A stretch of 62,467 nucleotides of DNA, counting the filler. It is 6 parts of 6 records of this genome, joined end to end, with 100 filler letters (N's around TTAATTAATTAA, not from the genome) between each part and the next. Parts side by side here need not be neighbours in the genome. Positions count along the whole stretch, not along the records: positions 13,155 to 21,513 come from SRR31156797_576; positions 21,614 to 30,535 come from SRR31156797_581; 4 more parts are not named here. One strand, given 5' to 3'. The notes below the pieces were generated by a model. It worked only from the letters and a program-made list of their open reading frames with translations, was not told where the DNA came from and did no database searches. Positions 16,607-27,966 of this stretch are shown here, in pieces (the first letter of the stretch is position 1; each line of letters opens with the position of its first letter). The position numbers and the translations under genes were made by a program.

Positions 16607-17869
16607 CTATTTTTCAAATTCACAATATTTAGATATTACGGTAATAAGTTCATTTCTCGCAATAGGTTTAGTCATAAATACATCAAAATAAACCTTATCT
16701 TCTTCTGAAATGAAGCTGGTGTCTGAATAAGAAGTAAGAGCAATTATTGGTATTTCTCCTGACTTTTCATCTAATTTAAGAATTCTCGTTGAATCAATTC
16801 CGTCTAGAACCGGCATCTTAATATCTGAGATAATAAAAGCCGCCGTAATTTTATCAGTAAGTAATAATAACTCTTTTCCGTTTTTAGCTTCATGAACATC
16901 AAAATTTAAACTGTTTAACAGATCATGAAGTACTTTTCTGTTAAGTTTATTATCATCTGCTATAATTACAGGTTGTTTTACAAATTTTGTATCTTTTGAA
17001 AAGCTTTTTATCTCAACATCAGCACGTTTTCCTATTTTTACATTTGGAAATTTAACTTTAAATGTACTTCCTTTTTTTACTTTACTCTCTACGCTAATCT
17101 CACCATTAAGTGCCTTCGTGATCTCTTTCGTTATAGCAAGACCAAGACCTGTTCCACCATATTTAGTAGCACTTTGGTTTTTCTGTTGCTTAAATGATTT
17201 GAATATCTCCTCCTGCTCACTTTGCGGTATCCCTATTCCTGTATCTTCCACTTCTATGATCATATTCATTGAGGATTTATCTATCTCTTCCCATGATATT
17301 CTTAATTCAACATAACCCTTTTCTGTAAATTTCAGTGCATTTCCCAATAAATTAATAAGTATCTGCTTTAATCTGACTTCATTTAGAATAATAATCTCAG
17401 GCAGATCATTTGATACAGATATTCTTAACTCTATCTCATCCTCTGTAAATTTCATATTAAAGATTGATTTTATATTACTAAGTAATTTCGGTAGGTTAAC
17501 AGTCTCAAATTGTACTTCAAACATTCCTGCTTCAATTTTTGACATATCAAGCAGATCATTTACCAGAGCAAGTAATGAATTCCCGGAACTATTAATAGCT
17601 TCAATATACTCTTTATCTTTTACATTTTGAGATTTAAGTGATAAAAGTTCACTAAACCCTATAATTGCATTTAAAGGTGTCCTGATTTCATGACCAATAT
17701 TTGCTAAAAAAGTTGATTTTGATTTAGTTTGTACTTCACATTTTTTCAGCTCTTTAAACTCTTCAGATTGATTTTCTATTTTTTTCTTTAGATCATTTAT
17801 AGTTTTATTTGCTTTGAGATAATATAGTACAAAAGCTGTCCCAAGCAATATTAATATTGATATCAGCAT
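16607..17869 (-). CDS. Membrane-anchored hybrid histidine kinase (HisKA-HATPase-REC) with no evident sensor domain
   Basis: One N-terminal TM helix, FLANIGHEIRTPLN, NLLGNALKFT, GGTGLGL, receiver SDIKMP. Confidence 0.9.
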   Translation of the reverse strand: MLISILILLGTAFVLYYLKANKTINDLKKKIENQSEEFKELKKCEVQTKSKSTFLANIGHEIRTPLNAIIGFSELLSLKSQNVKDKEYIEAINSSGNSLLALVNDLLDMSKIEAGMFEVQFETVNLPKLLSNIKSIFNMKFTEDEIELRISVSNDLPEIIILNEVRLKQILINLLGNALKFTEKGYVELRISWEEIDKSSMNMIIEVEDTGIGIPQSEQEEIFKSFKQQKNQSATKYGGTGLGLAITKEITKALNGEISVESKVKKGSTFKVKFPNVKIGKRADVEIKSFSKDTKFVKQPVIIADDNKLNRKVLHDLLNSLNFDVHEAKNGKELLLLTDKITAAFIISDIKMPVLDGIDSTRILKLDEKSGEIPIIALTSYSDTSFISEEDKVYFDVFMTKPIARNELITVISKYCEFEK

Positions 17870-18177
17870 ATCTCCTCCTACAAAATTATATTAAAAAATT
17901 TGATTTTTATTAGATAGTATTTTAACTAAGCTACACTACATACAGTATAGCTTAAAATATAAAAAGAGTCAAAGAAAAAAGGCTGTTTAAACACTAAAAG
18001 TTGAACTATTCATCTATTTTGAAATTTTTCTTTCTTAAGCAAAGTAAAATTAGAGTCTCAGCATGTTTCTATAATTAATAATTTTCTCAATTAAGTTATA
18101 ATTTTTGGATTTTCTCTTTATTTTACTATCATTTTTGTAGTATAATACAGAGAATTGTATTTTTTGCAAATTTTTGA

Positions 18178-19716
<1,539 letters not shown>

Positions 19717-19806
19717 TTTTTAGTTTAATAATAAAAGCGGGCTTTATTTTTTTATCAAAGTCAAATCAAAATATTTTGGCTTAAAAAAAACAAAAGAGAG
19801 GCTATT

Positions 19807-21366
19807 ATGAAAATCGTTGATTCAAAGCAAATGCAGATTTTAGATGCAAAATGTATTAATGAATATGGTATTCCGCAGGAACTTCTTATGGAAAATGCTG
19901 CTTTGGCAACTCTAAATGCAATAATTAAACATTATGAAAATATAAAAAACAAAAAATTTTTAATTGTCTGCGGTACGGGAAATAATGGTGGAGACGGTCT
20001 TGCTCTAGCGAGACTTCTTTACTCATATGAAGCGGATGTAAAAATATATATAAGCGGAAGTGTCGAAAAATATAAAGGGGCTTCCGCTTTAAATTACAAA
20101 ATTTCTAAAAATTTAGGTTTAAAATTTATCTCAACAGATAGTTACGAACAAGAATTAGTACAGAGCGACTTTATCATTGATGCTCTTTTTGGAGTTGGTT
20201 TAAACAGAAATATTGAGGGGAAATATCGATGTATTATAGAAAAAATAAATGCAAGTAATAAAAAAATTATCTCACTGGACATTCCATCCGGAATAAATGC
20301 TAGTACAGGAAATATTATGGGATGTGCAGTAAATGCAGATGTTACTGTTACTTATGGTTATCTCAAATATGGAAATATCTTATATCCCGGATATAAAAAC
20401 AACGGAAAAGTTTATCATAACTCTATATCTTTTCCTAAGGAATTAGGGAGTAATATAAACGCAAAAATTAATTTACCTATTGAATTAACAGCAAGAAAAG
20501 CTAATTCACATAAGGGAGATTATGGAAAAACTCTGTTTATATGCGGTTCGGCAAACTATCTGGGAGCACCATATTTTTCAGCTGCCGGATTCTTGAATTC
20601 CGGTGGCGGATATTCCAGACTGGCAACTGTTAAGTCAATTATTCCGACACTTGCTGTCAACGCTCCTGATATAGTCTATTATCCAATGAATGAAACTGAA
20701 TCAGGCTCAATCGCATACAGTAATAAAGATAAACTTCTGGAAATAATTAAAGATATGAAACTATTGGTTATTGGTTGCGGCATTTCTCTGAATAATAAAA
20801 CCAAAACTCTGATTAAAGAGATAATTAAAGAAACTGATATACCAATGATTATTGATGCTGATGGTCTGACTATACTCTCAGAAGATTTGAGTATTCTAAA
20901 AGATAAAAAGGCGCCTGTTCTTCTAACTCCACATCTGGGTGAAATGAGCCGTTTGTGCTCTAAATCAACAAACGAAATAAAAAATGACCCTGTTACTATA
21001 ATTAAGGAGTTTTCTAAAACAAATAGTTGTATAATAATATTAAAAGGTGCTAATACTCAAATATCATTTCCAAATGGCGACATATGGGTAAATCTTAGCG
21101 GTAATTCCTCGCTTGCTGTAGCTGGGAGCGGTGATCTCTTATGCGGTGTTATTGCAGGACAATATGCTCTTGGCTTTGATTTTGCTAACGCAATAAGAAT
21201 GGGTGTCTTTTTACATGGTCTTAACGGTGAGTTTGCAGGATTAGAGTTTGGACAGGATGGAATAACAACTAAAAAGTTATTGAATTTTATGCCACAAACA
21301 TTAAAACAATATCGAATTAATTATGAAAATATAAGCGCATTTTATTTTAATTTTTTTAATAAATAA
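19807..21366 (+). CDS. nnr: Bifunctional NAD(P)HX epimerase/dehydratase (YjeF)
   Basis: LMENAA, GTGNNGGDG, DALFGVG, DIPSG, HKGDYG, IDADG, TPHLGE, AGSGD. Confidence 0.93.
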   Translation: MKIVDSKQMQILDAKCINEYGIPQELLMENAALATLNAIIKHYENIKNKKFLIVCGTGNNGGDGLALARLLYSYEADVKIYISGSVEKYKGASALNYKISKNLGLKFISTDSYEQELVQSDFIIDALFGVGLNRNIEGKYRCIIEKINASNKKIISLDIPSGINASTGNIMGCAVNADVTVTYGYLKYGNILYPGYKNNGKVYHNSISFPKELGSNINAKINLPIELTARKANSHKGDYGKTLFICGSANYLGAPYFSAAGFLNSGGGYSRLATVKSIIPTLAVNAPDIVYYPMNETESGSIAYSNKDKLLEIIKDMKLLVIGCGISLNNKTKTLIKEIIKETDIPMIIDADGLTILSEDLSILKDKKAPVLLTPHLGEMSRLCSKSTNEIKNDPVTIIKEFSKTNSCIIILKGANTQISFPNGDIWVNLSGNSSLAVAGSGDLLCGVIAGQYALGFDFANAIRMGVFLHGLNGEFAGLEFGQDGITTKKLLNFMPQTLKQYRINYENISAFYFNFFNK

Positions 21367-21513
21367 CTCTGTTTTTTTAATTGTGTTTTGCCATAAAATA
21401 TATTATAATTAACTATTAAGAAATATTACAAAATTGCTAAGTTATAATGAACTGCAAAATAATCATACAATACTCCATTTCTACCCGGGTAAATATAGAA
21501 TTTACCCCTACGA

Positions 21514-21613
21514 NNNNNNNNNNNNNNNNNNNNNNNNNNNNNNNNNNNNNNNNNNNNTTAATTAATTAANNNNNNNNNNNNNNNNNNNNNNNNNNNNNNN
21601 NNNNNNNNNNNNN
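21514..21613. other. Artificial contig spacer
   Basis: 44 N + TTAATTAATTAA + 44 N. Confidence 0.98.
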
Positions 21614-22123
21614 TCTAAATCCACCTTTCATCATCTTTTGAGCGGCGTATCCTTCCATAACAGTATATTGTCCACTTGCAAATACTCCAACCCCTTCAGG
21701 TCCACTTGCTTTTAAAGCTTTTTTGATATGTACTTCCATCTCATCAAAAGCTCTTTTCCAGCTCACTGGTGCAAATTTACCATTTTTATCAAATTCACCT
21801 TTGTCATTGACCCTTAAAAGAGGAGTTTTTAATCTATCCGCACCATACATAATCTTCGCATTAAAGTATCCTTTGATACAGTTAAGTCCCCTATTTACAG
21901 GAGCTGCTGGATCCCCTTTTACTGCAACGATTCTCCCATTTTTTGTAGCCATCATAATTCCACAACCAGTACCACAGAATCTACATGCTGCTTTATCCCA
22001 TCGCCATCCGCTTTGGGCTTCATTGGAAGCTGCTTGCATACTTGCAGGTACTGACATACCAACTGCTGCTGCCGCAGAAGCTGCTGCTGAACTTTTTAAA
22101 AAGTCTCTTCTTGAAAGTGCCAT
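21614..22123 (-). CDS. napA: Periplasmic nitrate reductase catalytic subunit, 5' part
   Basis: Tat signal [21 protein letters not shown]...[23 protein letters not shown]. Confidence 0.95.
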
Positions 22124-22190
22124 TTTCTCTCCTTAAATGAAATTTGTTTTTCAAACATCCAAATTCTAACACTAATCAAAACTTAAAACC

Positions 22191-22204
22191 TTGACTTATG
22201 TCAA
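22191..22204. promoter_or_regulatory. Crp/Fnr-family (Nss-type) box TTGAC-N4-GTCAA between divergent napA and mobA
   Basis: TTGACTTATGTCAA; fits TTGA-N6-TCAA. Confidence 0.7.
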
Positions 22205-22260
22205 ATTTATTTCCTTTTGCTAATATTACTTATCAAAAAACTTTTAAGGTTTAAAAAAAT

Positions 22261-22869
22261 ATGAAAAAATATGATTTTCCAGCAGTGATCTTAGCAGGTG
22301 GAAAAAGTTCTAGAATGGGAACAGATAAGTCATGTTTACCTTTTGGGGCATACTCTTCACTAAGCGAATATCAATATAAAAAACTTGAAAATCTTTTTAC
22401 AGATGTTTTTATATCTTCTAAAGAGGATAAGTTTGATTTTTTAAAGAATAAACAAAAACTTATCATTGATACAAGTAGTGATATATCTTCCCCAATGGTT
22501 GCTCTGCAAAGTATATTTCAATCTGTGAAAAATGATTATATTTTTATCATTGCTGTGGATATCCCCTTGATACAAGAGGAAACTATCCAAGCTCTATATG
22601 AATCTTTTTTAACTTCTATGGATGATATTGTGATCGTAAAAGATGATTTAGGAAATATACATAATCTGTGCGGAATTTTTCATAAAAATATTGTACCTAC
22701 TATCCATATGTTATTACAACGGAATGTACACAAAATCAATTTTTTAATTAAACACTCAAAATACCATGAGGTTTTGATCGAAAAGAGTGATCAATTTTTA
22801 AACCTCAATGATCAAGTAAATTATGAAAAAGCATGTAGGCTTTTGAAGGCTCAGCCTCCTGTAAAATAA
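22261..22869 (+). CDS. mobA: Molybdenum cofactor guanylyltransferase
   Basis: VILAGGKSSRMGTDK, AVDIP, FLNLN. Confidence 0.92.
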   Translation: MKKYDFPAVILAGGKSSRMGTDKSCLPFGAYSSLSEYQYKKLENLFTDVFISSKEDKFDFLKNKQKLIIDTSSDISSPMVALQSIFQSVKNDYIFIIAVDIPLIQEETIQALYESFLTSMDDIVIVKDDLGNIHNLCGIFHKNIVPTIHMLLQRNVHKINFLIKHSKYHEVLIEKSDQFLNLNDQVNYEKACRLLKAQPPVK

Positions 22870-23822
22870 AAAGCCCTACTAGAGATATTATCATCTTCTT
22901 TTTCTAAACTATAAGACCATTTATTTTTTTCTGGTTTATTTTTTACTACATCTTCTAAAACATCTTTTAAAGCTTTCTCTGAGTCCATATGCTCTTTTAT
23001 ATTTTGAGAATCTTCAAAATATAAACAAGGGATCAGATCACCCTCTGCACTTAATCGTATTCGATTACAAGTTTTACAAAAACTATCATCATATGGTTCT
23101 ATGATCCCAAAGATATATCCACTCTCATCTTGATAGAGTTTTGCAGCTGAGTTTTCTTTTGCTGGCAGTTCATCTATCCTATGATATTTTCTAAGTTCAG
23201 TTAATATCTCACTACTTGGAAGAGTTTTTAACTGGCTAAAGGCATTTTCATTTTCCATATATTCAATGAAACGAATCTGTATCCCTTTTTGTTTTGCAAA
23301 ACTATACAGATCATATATCTCAAACTGGTTGATATCTTTTAAGACAACACTATTTATCTTCACACACATCCCCGCTTCAAGAGCTACTTCAATTCCTTCT
23401 TTTACCTCTTTTAGTGCATCTTTTTTTGTTAGATACCAAAAGGTTTCACGCTCTAATGAGTCGATAGAGATATTTACCCGTTTTAATCCTGCATCTTTTA
23501 ATTTTTTGGCTTGATTTTTAAGTAAAAACCCATTGGTTGTAAGAGCAAGATCAATATCACTTTTATACTCACTTATCATCTTTATAAACTTATCTAGATC
23601 ATTTCTTACCAAAGGTTCACCACCAGTGATGCGAATCTTTTTAATTCCACCATCAATGGCTACTTTTATAAACTTAAACATCTGCTCATAAGAAAGCAAC
23701 TCCTCTTTTGGTGTCCACTCGAATGGCTTTTCAGGCATACAGTATTGGCATCTAAAGTTACATCTTTGTGTCACTGAAACCCGTAAATAATCAACTTCTC
23801 TATTATAGCTATCTATTAACAT
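22851..23822 (-). CDS. moaA: GTP 3',8-cyclase (radical SAM)
   Basis: YLRVSVTQRCNFRCQYCMP, TGGEP, FCKTCNRIRL...PCL, C-terminal GG. Confidence 0.97.
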   Translation of the reverse strand: MLIDSYNREVDYLRVSVTQRCNFRCQYCMPEKPFEWTPKEELLSYEQMFKFIKVAIDGGIKKIRITGGEPLVRNDLDKFIKMISEYKSDIDLALTTNGFLLKNQAKKLKDAGLKRVNISIDSLERETFWYLTKKDALKEVKEGIEVALEAGMCVKINSVVLKDINQFEIYDLYSFAKQKGIQIRFIEYMENENAFSQLKTLPSSEILTELRKYHRIDELPAKENSAAKLYQDESGYIFGIIEPYDDSFCKTCNRIRLSAEGDLIPCLYFEDSQNIKEHMDSEKALKDVLEDVVKNKPEKNKWSYSLEKEDDNISSRAFYFTGG

Positions 23823-23869
23823 GATATACTCCTATTTTCAAATTGTAGTCAAAAAATTTTATTTATACT

Positions 23870-23883
23870 TTGACATATGTCAA
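23870..23883. promoter_or_regulatory. Crp/Fnr-family (Nss-type) box between divergent moaA and moeA
   Basis: Perfect palindrome TTGACATATGTCAA. Confidence 0.7.
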
Positions 23884-23937
23884 GGAAATTTATAAAAATC
23901 CCACTATAATAACTTTATTAAAAAATAAGGGTTTATC

Positions 23938-25155
23938 ATGGGAATTTGTATAAAAGAAGCACTAAGACGTATTAAAGACCGAATTGAAAAAGTTTCATTT
24001 GAAATAGTTCCTATTGAAAATAGTAATGGGAGAATTAGTGCAGGTGAAGTGTATGCAAAATATTCCTTACCCCCTTTTAATAACTCTGCAATGGATGGAT
24101 ATGGTGTAAAACTTGTTGATGCAGGAAGAAGTGCTACAGTTGTTGATGAGATATTTGCAGGATCACCCAAAGAGACACAAATCGAGCCACGTCAATGTAT
24201 TAAAATAATGACTGGCGCTAGAGTTCCAGCGAGCGTTGAAGCTGTAGTTCCAGTTGAGATGATTGAACTTATTGAAGAGAATAAAATAGCGATCCCATCT
24301 GGAATTAGTGAAAATCAACATATAAGATTTTTAGGGGAAGATATCAAAGAGAATGAAGCAATTTTATCTGAGGGTGATGAGATCAATTTTGCAACTATTG
24401 CCCTTCTTACCTCACAAGGTGTTACTCACGTAAAAGTGTATAGACAAGCAAAAGTATCTGTTTTTACAAGTGGTGAAGAGCTAAAACTCCACTATGAACA
24501 AATAAAAGAGTATCAAATCTTTAATTCAAACACCCCTACTCTTTTAGCTCGTGTAAATGAACTTGGAGCCAATGTAACTTTTACAGGAAAAGCAAATGAC
24601 TCCGTTGAATCTTTACAAGAGATGATACAAAACTCTTTATACGCAGATTTTATTATTACTACAGGTGGTATTAGTGTAGGGGAAGCTGACTTTACAGCGG
24701 AAGCTTTTACTCAAATGGGGATGGAAATAATCTTTGATGGAATCCATATCAAACCAGGAAAACCAACAGTATTTGGGAAAATAGGCTCAACCTATATTTT
24801 AAATCTTCCTGGAAATCCTCTGGCAGCTGCACTTATCTTTGAAGTATTTGGAACCGTTATTTTACAAAAACTAAGTGGTAATAAAAATATCTATCATAAT
24901 CTTATCCATACAAAACTAAGTGAGGATCTAAAAAATAAACAAGGAAGGACCACGCTTGTTCCTGGATTTTTTGATGGTGAATATTTTACCCCATCTGAGA
25001 AACGATTCCCAGGGATGGTAGGGGTACTTCATAAATGTAATTCAATGATGATACTAAATAAAAATCTTACAGGTCTTTTAAAAAATGATCCTGTGAAAAT
25101 TGTTCCAATTAATTGGAAATTCTTTAGTGATGAACAAAAGGACTTTTTTAATTAG
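23938..25155 (+). CDS. moeA: Molybdopterin molybdotransferase
   Basis: PPFNNSAMDGY, IMTGA, TTGGISVGEAD, IKPGKP, LPGNP. Confidence 0.95.
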   Translation: MGICIKEALRRIKDRIEKVSFEIVPIENSNGRISAGEVYAKYSLPPFNNSAMDGYGVKLVDAGRSATVVDEIFAGSPKETQIEPRQCIKIMTGARVPASVEAVVPVEMIELIEENKIAIPSGISENQHIRFLGEDIKENEAILSEGDEINFATIALLTSQGVTHVKVYRQAKVSVFTSGEELKLHYEQIKEYQIFNSNTPTLLARVNELGANVTFTGKANDSVESLQEMIQNSLYADFIITTGGISVGEADFTAEAFTQMGMEIIFDGIHIKPGKPTVFGKIGSTYILNLPGNPLAAALIFEVFGTVILQKLSGNKNIYHNLIHTKLSEDLKNKQGRTTLVPGFFDGEYFTPSEKRFPGMVGVLHKCNSMMILNKNLTGLLKNDPVKIVPINWKFFSDEQKDFFN

Positions 25156-26695
25156 TCCTTTGATAATAAGATTCAAATGATTCATTTGGAAGCTTATGTT
25201 CTTTATATTTTTCCAATAACTCTTTTACTATATATTTTGCCTCACTTAAAGGAACTGCTTTAGCAAATATTTCTGCTTCTCGTGCTTCTTTTGTCGCTCT
25301 TCCACCTATAAAGATATTCACACCATCCACTCGATTTCCCTCTTCATCTTTGGCTTTACACCCTTCAAATCCAATATCTCCAACACCATGTATTCCACAC
25401 CCTTTTGGACAAGCTGACCAATAGAGTCGCACCTTTCCATCTTCTATTGGAACCTCTTTATTTAAAAACTCTGACATCTCAATAGCATCAGGTTTATTAG
25501 GGATTACTGCAAAAGCACACGTTGCTGTTCCAGCACACGCTATTTGATGATTAAAATAGATATTTTGATATTTTGAATACTCTTGATATATCTCAGAATT
25601 TTTAATATGATCAATATTATTTGTATCAGTGATGATATAAAGACTTTGTTCTACTGATAATCTTATTTTTGCATCTATTTTAAAAGAGATTTCTCCCACT
25701 TTTTTTAGATCACTCCCTTTAAATATTCCACTTGGAATTGAGAAATGTAAAGCTTTTTTATCGCTATCTAAATCAAATATTCCTGAACTATTTAAAATGT
25801 GTTCATCGGTTGCTAAAATATTTCCACTTGGGAGATATTCTATTTTAGTAAACTCTTTAATAGCTTTTACAAACTCTTCCATCCCTACTGCTTCAAGTAA
25901 AAAATGCAGACGATTTTTATTTCTATTATCTCTAAATCCATATTTCTTAAAAAGATTTATAATTGCATTATATGTAGGGACGACTTGCTCTTTTTTAACA
26001 AAAAGACCACTGTCACTTGCTTGTACACCAACTTTTCCACCAAGATAGATATTAAATCCTACCTCTTCACCACTTTGAGCTAGGATAAAACAACAATCAT
26101 GTCCATAGATATTACAATCATTTATTGTGTTTCCTAAAATTGCTGTGTTGAATTTTCGTGGTAGTGTTCCTATCCACTCATCATTATTTAAAAAGATCGA
26201 TTGAAGATCATCAATAATTGGTTTACAAGTAATTACACTTGTATTACCCTCTCCATCAAAAGAGCTTGTAACTATATTTCTAAAGTTATCTACTCCAGTT
26301 TGAAAAGTGGTGATTCCAACACTCTGCAATTCTTTTAATACTGTGTAGAGATTTTCAAGCTTTAAAAATCGAAACTCTAACTGCTGTCTTGTCGTGATAT
26401 CTATATAATCCTCGCCATACTTTTGCGACACTTCTCCTAGCTTAATCGCTTGCGTAGGAGTTAATTGACCAGCAGGAATACGAATACGAAGCATAAACTT
26501 TCCATCTTTTTTTAAAAACAGACCAAAACATTTTAAAAAAAATGATCCATCTTCATCAGCAAGATTTTCCAGTCCATTTTGACAAATACTCTCTAACTTT
26601 TCATATACACTTAGAGGAGTTTTCAGCTCTTTTATTTTCTCTATTTTATTTTGTTTTGTATCTCTTTGATTAAATGATTCTTGTAATTTTTCCAT
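25148..26695 (-). CDS. nirA: Ferredoxin-nitrite reductase (siroheme/[4Fe-4S])
   Basis: FMLRIRIPAG, ITTRQQ, DNFRNI, LPRKF, ACAGTATC and SACPKGCG ligands. Nitrite rather than sulfite reductase is inferred from the nitrate reductase in the same operon. Confidence 0.85.
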   Translation of the reverse strand: MEKLQESFNQRDTKQNKIEKIKELKTPLSVYEKLESICQNGLENLADEDGSFFLKCFGLFLKKDGKFMLRIRIPAGQLTPTQAIKLGEVSQKYGEDYIDITTRQQLEFRFLKLENLYTVLKELQSVGITTFQTGVDNFRNIVTSSFDGEGNTSVITCKPIIDDLQSIFLNNDEWIGTLPRKFNTAILGNTINDCNIYGHDCCFILAQSGEEVGFNIYLGGKVGVQASDSGLFVKKEQVVPTYNAIINLFKKYGFRDNRNKNRLHFLLEAVGMEEFVKAIKEFTKIEYLPSGNILATDEHILNSSGIFDLDSDKKALHFSIPSGIFKGSDLKKVGEISFKIDAKIRLSVEQSLYIITDTNNIDHIKNSEIYQEYSKYQNIYFNHQIACAGTATCAFAVIPNKPDAIEMSEFLNKEVPIEDGKVRLYWSACPKGCGIHGVGDIGFEGCKAKDEEGNRVDGVNIFIGGRATKEAREAEIFAKAVPLSEAKYIVKELLEKYKEHKLPNESFESYYQRTN

Positions 26696-26698
26696 TTT

Positions 26699-27961
26699 TT
26701 AATCCTTTTTATTAAATAGTGTAGTAAACTTTACCACATCTCCAAAAACCAAGATTGCTGGTCTTTGCATATCTTGTGAACAGATTTCAAGATTTGATAA
26801 TGAGCAGGTTTTTACTTTTTGATTTTCTCTACTGGCATTGGAAACGATGGCACATAATTTATCTTGTGGTATTCCCAATCTTTTTGATTCTTTTACTATC
26901 TCTTTTACTCTACTTAGTCCCATCAACACTACAACTGTATGATTCTCTTTTTCTAAAAGCTCTACCCAATCAAGATTAATACTATTACCTTTTAGATGGG
27001 CTGACACTACTGTAAACCCTGCAGCATATCCACGTGCTGTAATAGGAATCCCCGCAGTAGAGCATCCACTAATTGAAGAACTGATCCCAGGGATAACTTC
27101 TGCTTGAATATCTCTATTTACAAGCTCTGTTAACTCTTCAGCTCCTCTTCCAAAAACAAAAGGATCACCACTTTTAAGGCGTGCTACACTATAGCCTTTA
27201 TTTATATACTCTATGATCAAGCTATTGATCTCTTCTTGGGACTTAGAGTGAAAATCTTTTTGTTTCCCTACGCTTACTTTGATAGTAGTTTCTGGAACTA
27301 TCTCCATAATCTCATTTGAGATAAGATGATCATATAAAACCACATCAACACTTTTTATAATATTGTAGGCTTTTATGGTAAGAAGTTCCACATTTCCCAA
27401 ACCACACCCTACTAGATAAGCTTTTTTTGTTTTTTGGATAAGCTCTTTTTTTGTAGACTCTATCTCAATGATTCCATTATCTCTTTGATTTTGTTTTTCT
27501 ACTAAATATGCCGTAATATCTTTAGGGATTAGTTTCTCACACTCATCTCTAAAATATTTTGCAGCAGTTGGACTTGCCCCATTACTTGATACTGCTATTT
27601 GAAGCGGTTTATTTTTGGTCAAAGCCATAAAATAAAAGTCACAATACTTTGGTACATCTACAACATTGAGTAAAATATCATGTGTCTTTTTATATTTTAA
27701 AAGTTTTTTTATAACTTTATCATTGCCCGTCGCATCAATGATTATTGAATACTCTTCTATATCTTTTAATTTAAATTTTTTTTGAACAATATTTGAGCAA
27801 AGTTTTAAAATCTTTGGCTGCAATTCTTCAGCTATGATTTTAAACTCAATCTCATTTTCAGCTAAAACTTCTGCTTTTTGTAAAGCAACATTCCCACCAC
27901 CTATTAAAAGAACCTTTTGATTCTTTAAAAGGATTGGCAATGTTTTATTAGTCTGTTTCAT
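26699..27961 (-). CDS. cysG: Siroheme synthase (dehydrogenase/ferrochelatase plus uroporphyrinogen-III methyltransferase)
   Basis: IGGGNVALQK, NVVDVP..CDF, SSNGASP; C-terminal LVGCG.G..ELLT, RLKSGDPFVFGRGAEE, VIPGISS. Confidence 0.92.
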   Translation of the reverse strand: MKQTNKTLPILLKNQKVLLIGGGNVALQKAEVLAENEIEFKIIAEELQPKILKLCSNIVQKKFKLKDIEEYSIIIDATGNDKVIKKLLKYKKTHDILLNVVDVPKYCDFYFMALTKNKPLQIAVSSNGASPTAAKYFRDECEKLIPKDITAYLVEKQNQRDNGIIEIESTKKELIQKTKKAYLVGCGLGNVELLTIKAYNIIKSVDVVLYDHLISNEIMEIVPETTIKVSVGKQKDFHSKSQEEINSLIIEYINKGYSVARLKSGDPFVFGRGAEELTELVNRDIQAEVIPGISSSISGCSTAGIPITARGYAAGFTVVSAHLKGNSINLDWVELLEKENHTVVVLMGLSRVKEIVKESKRLGIPQDKLCAIVSNASRENQKVKTCSLSNLEICSQDMQRPAILVFGDVVKFTTLFNKKD

Positions 27962-27966
27962 TTGGC

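Noticed and set aside
17925..17940. Three TAG triplets on the minus strand (TAGTGTAGCTTAG) upstream of the hybrid kinase as a HutP site
   Set aside because: Only three triplets with 2-nt spacers, no overlapping terminator, and easily produced by chance in AT-rich DNA.
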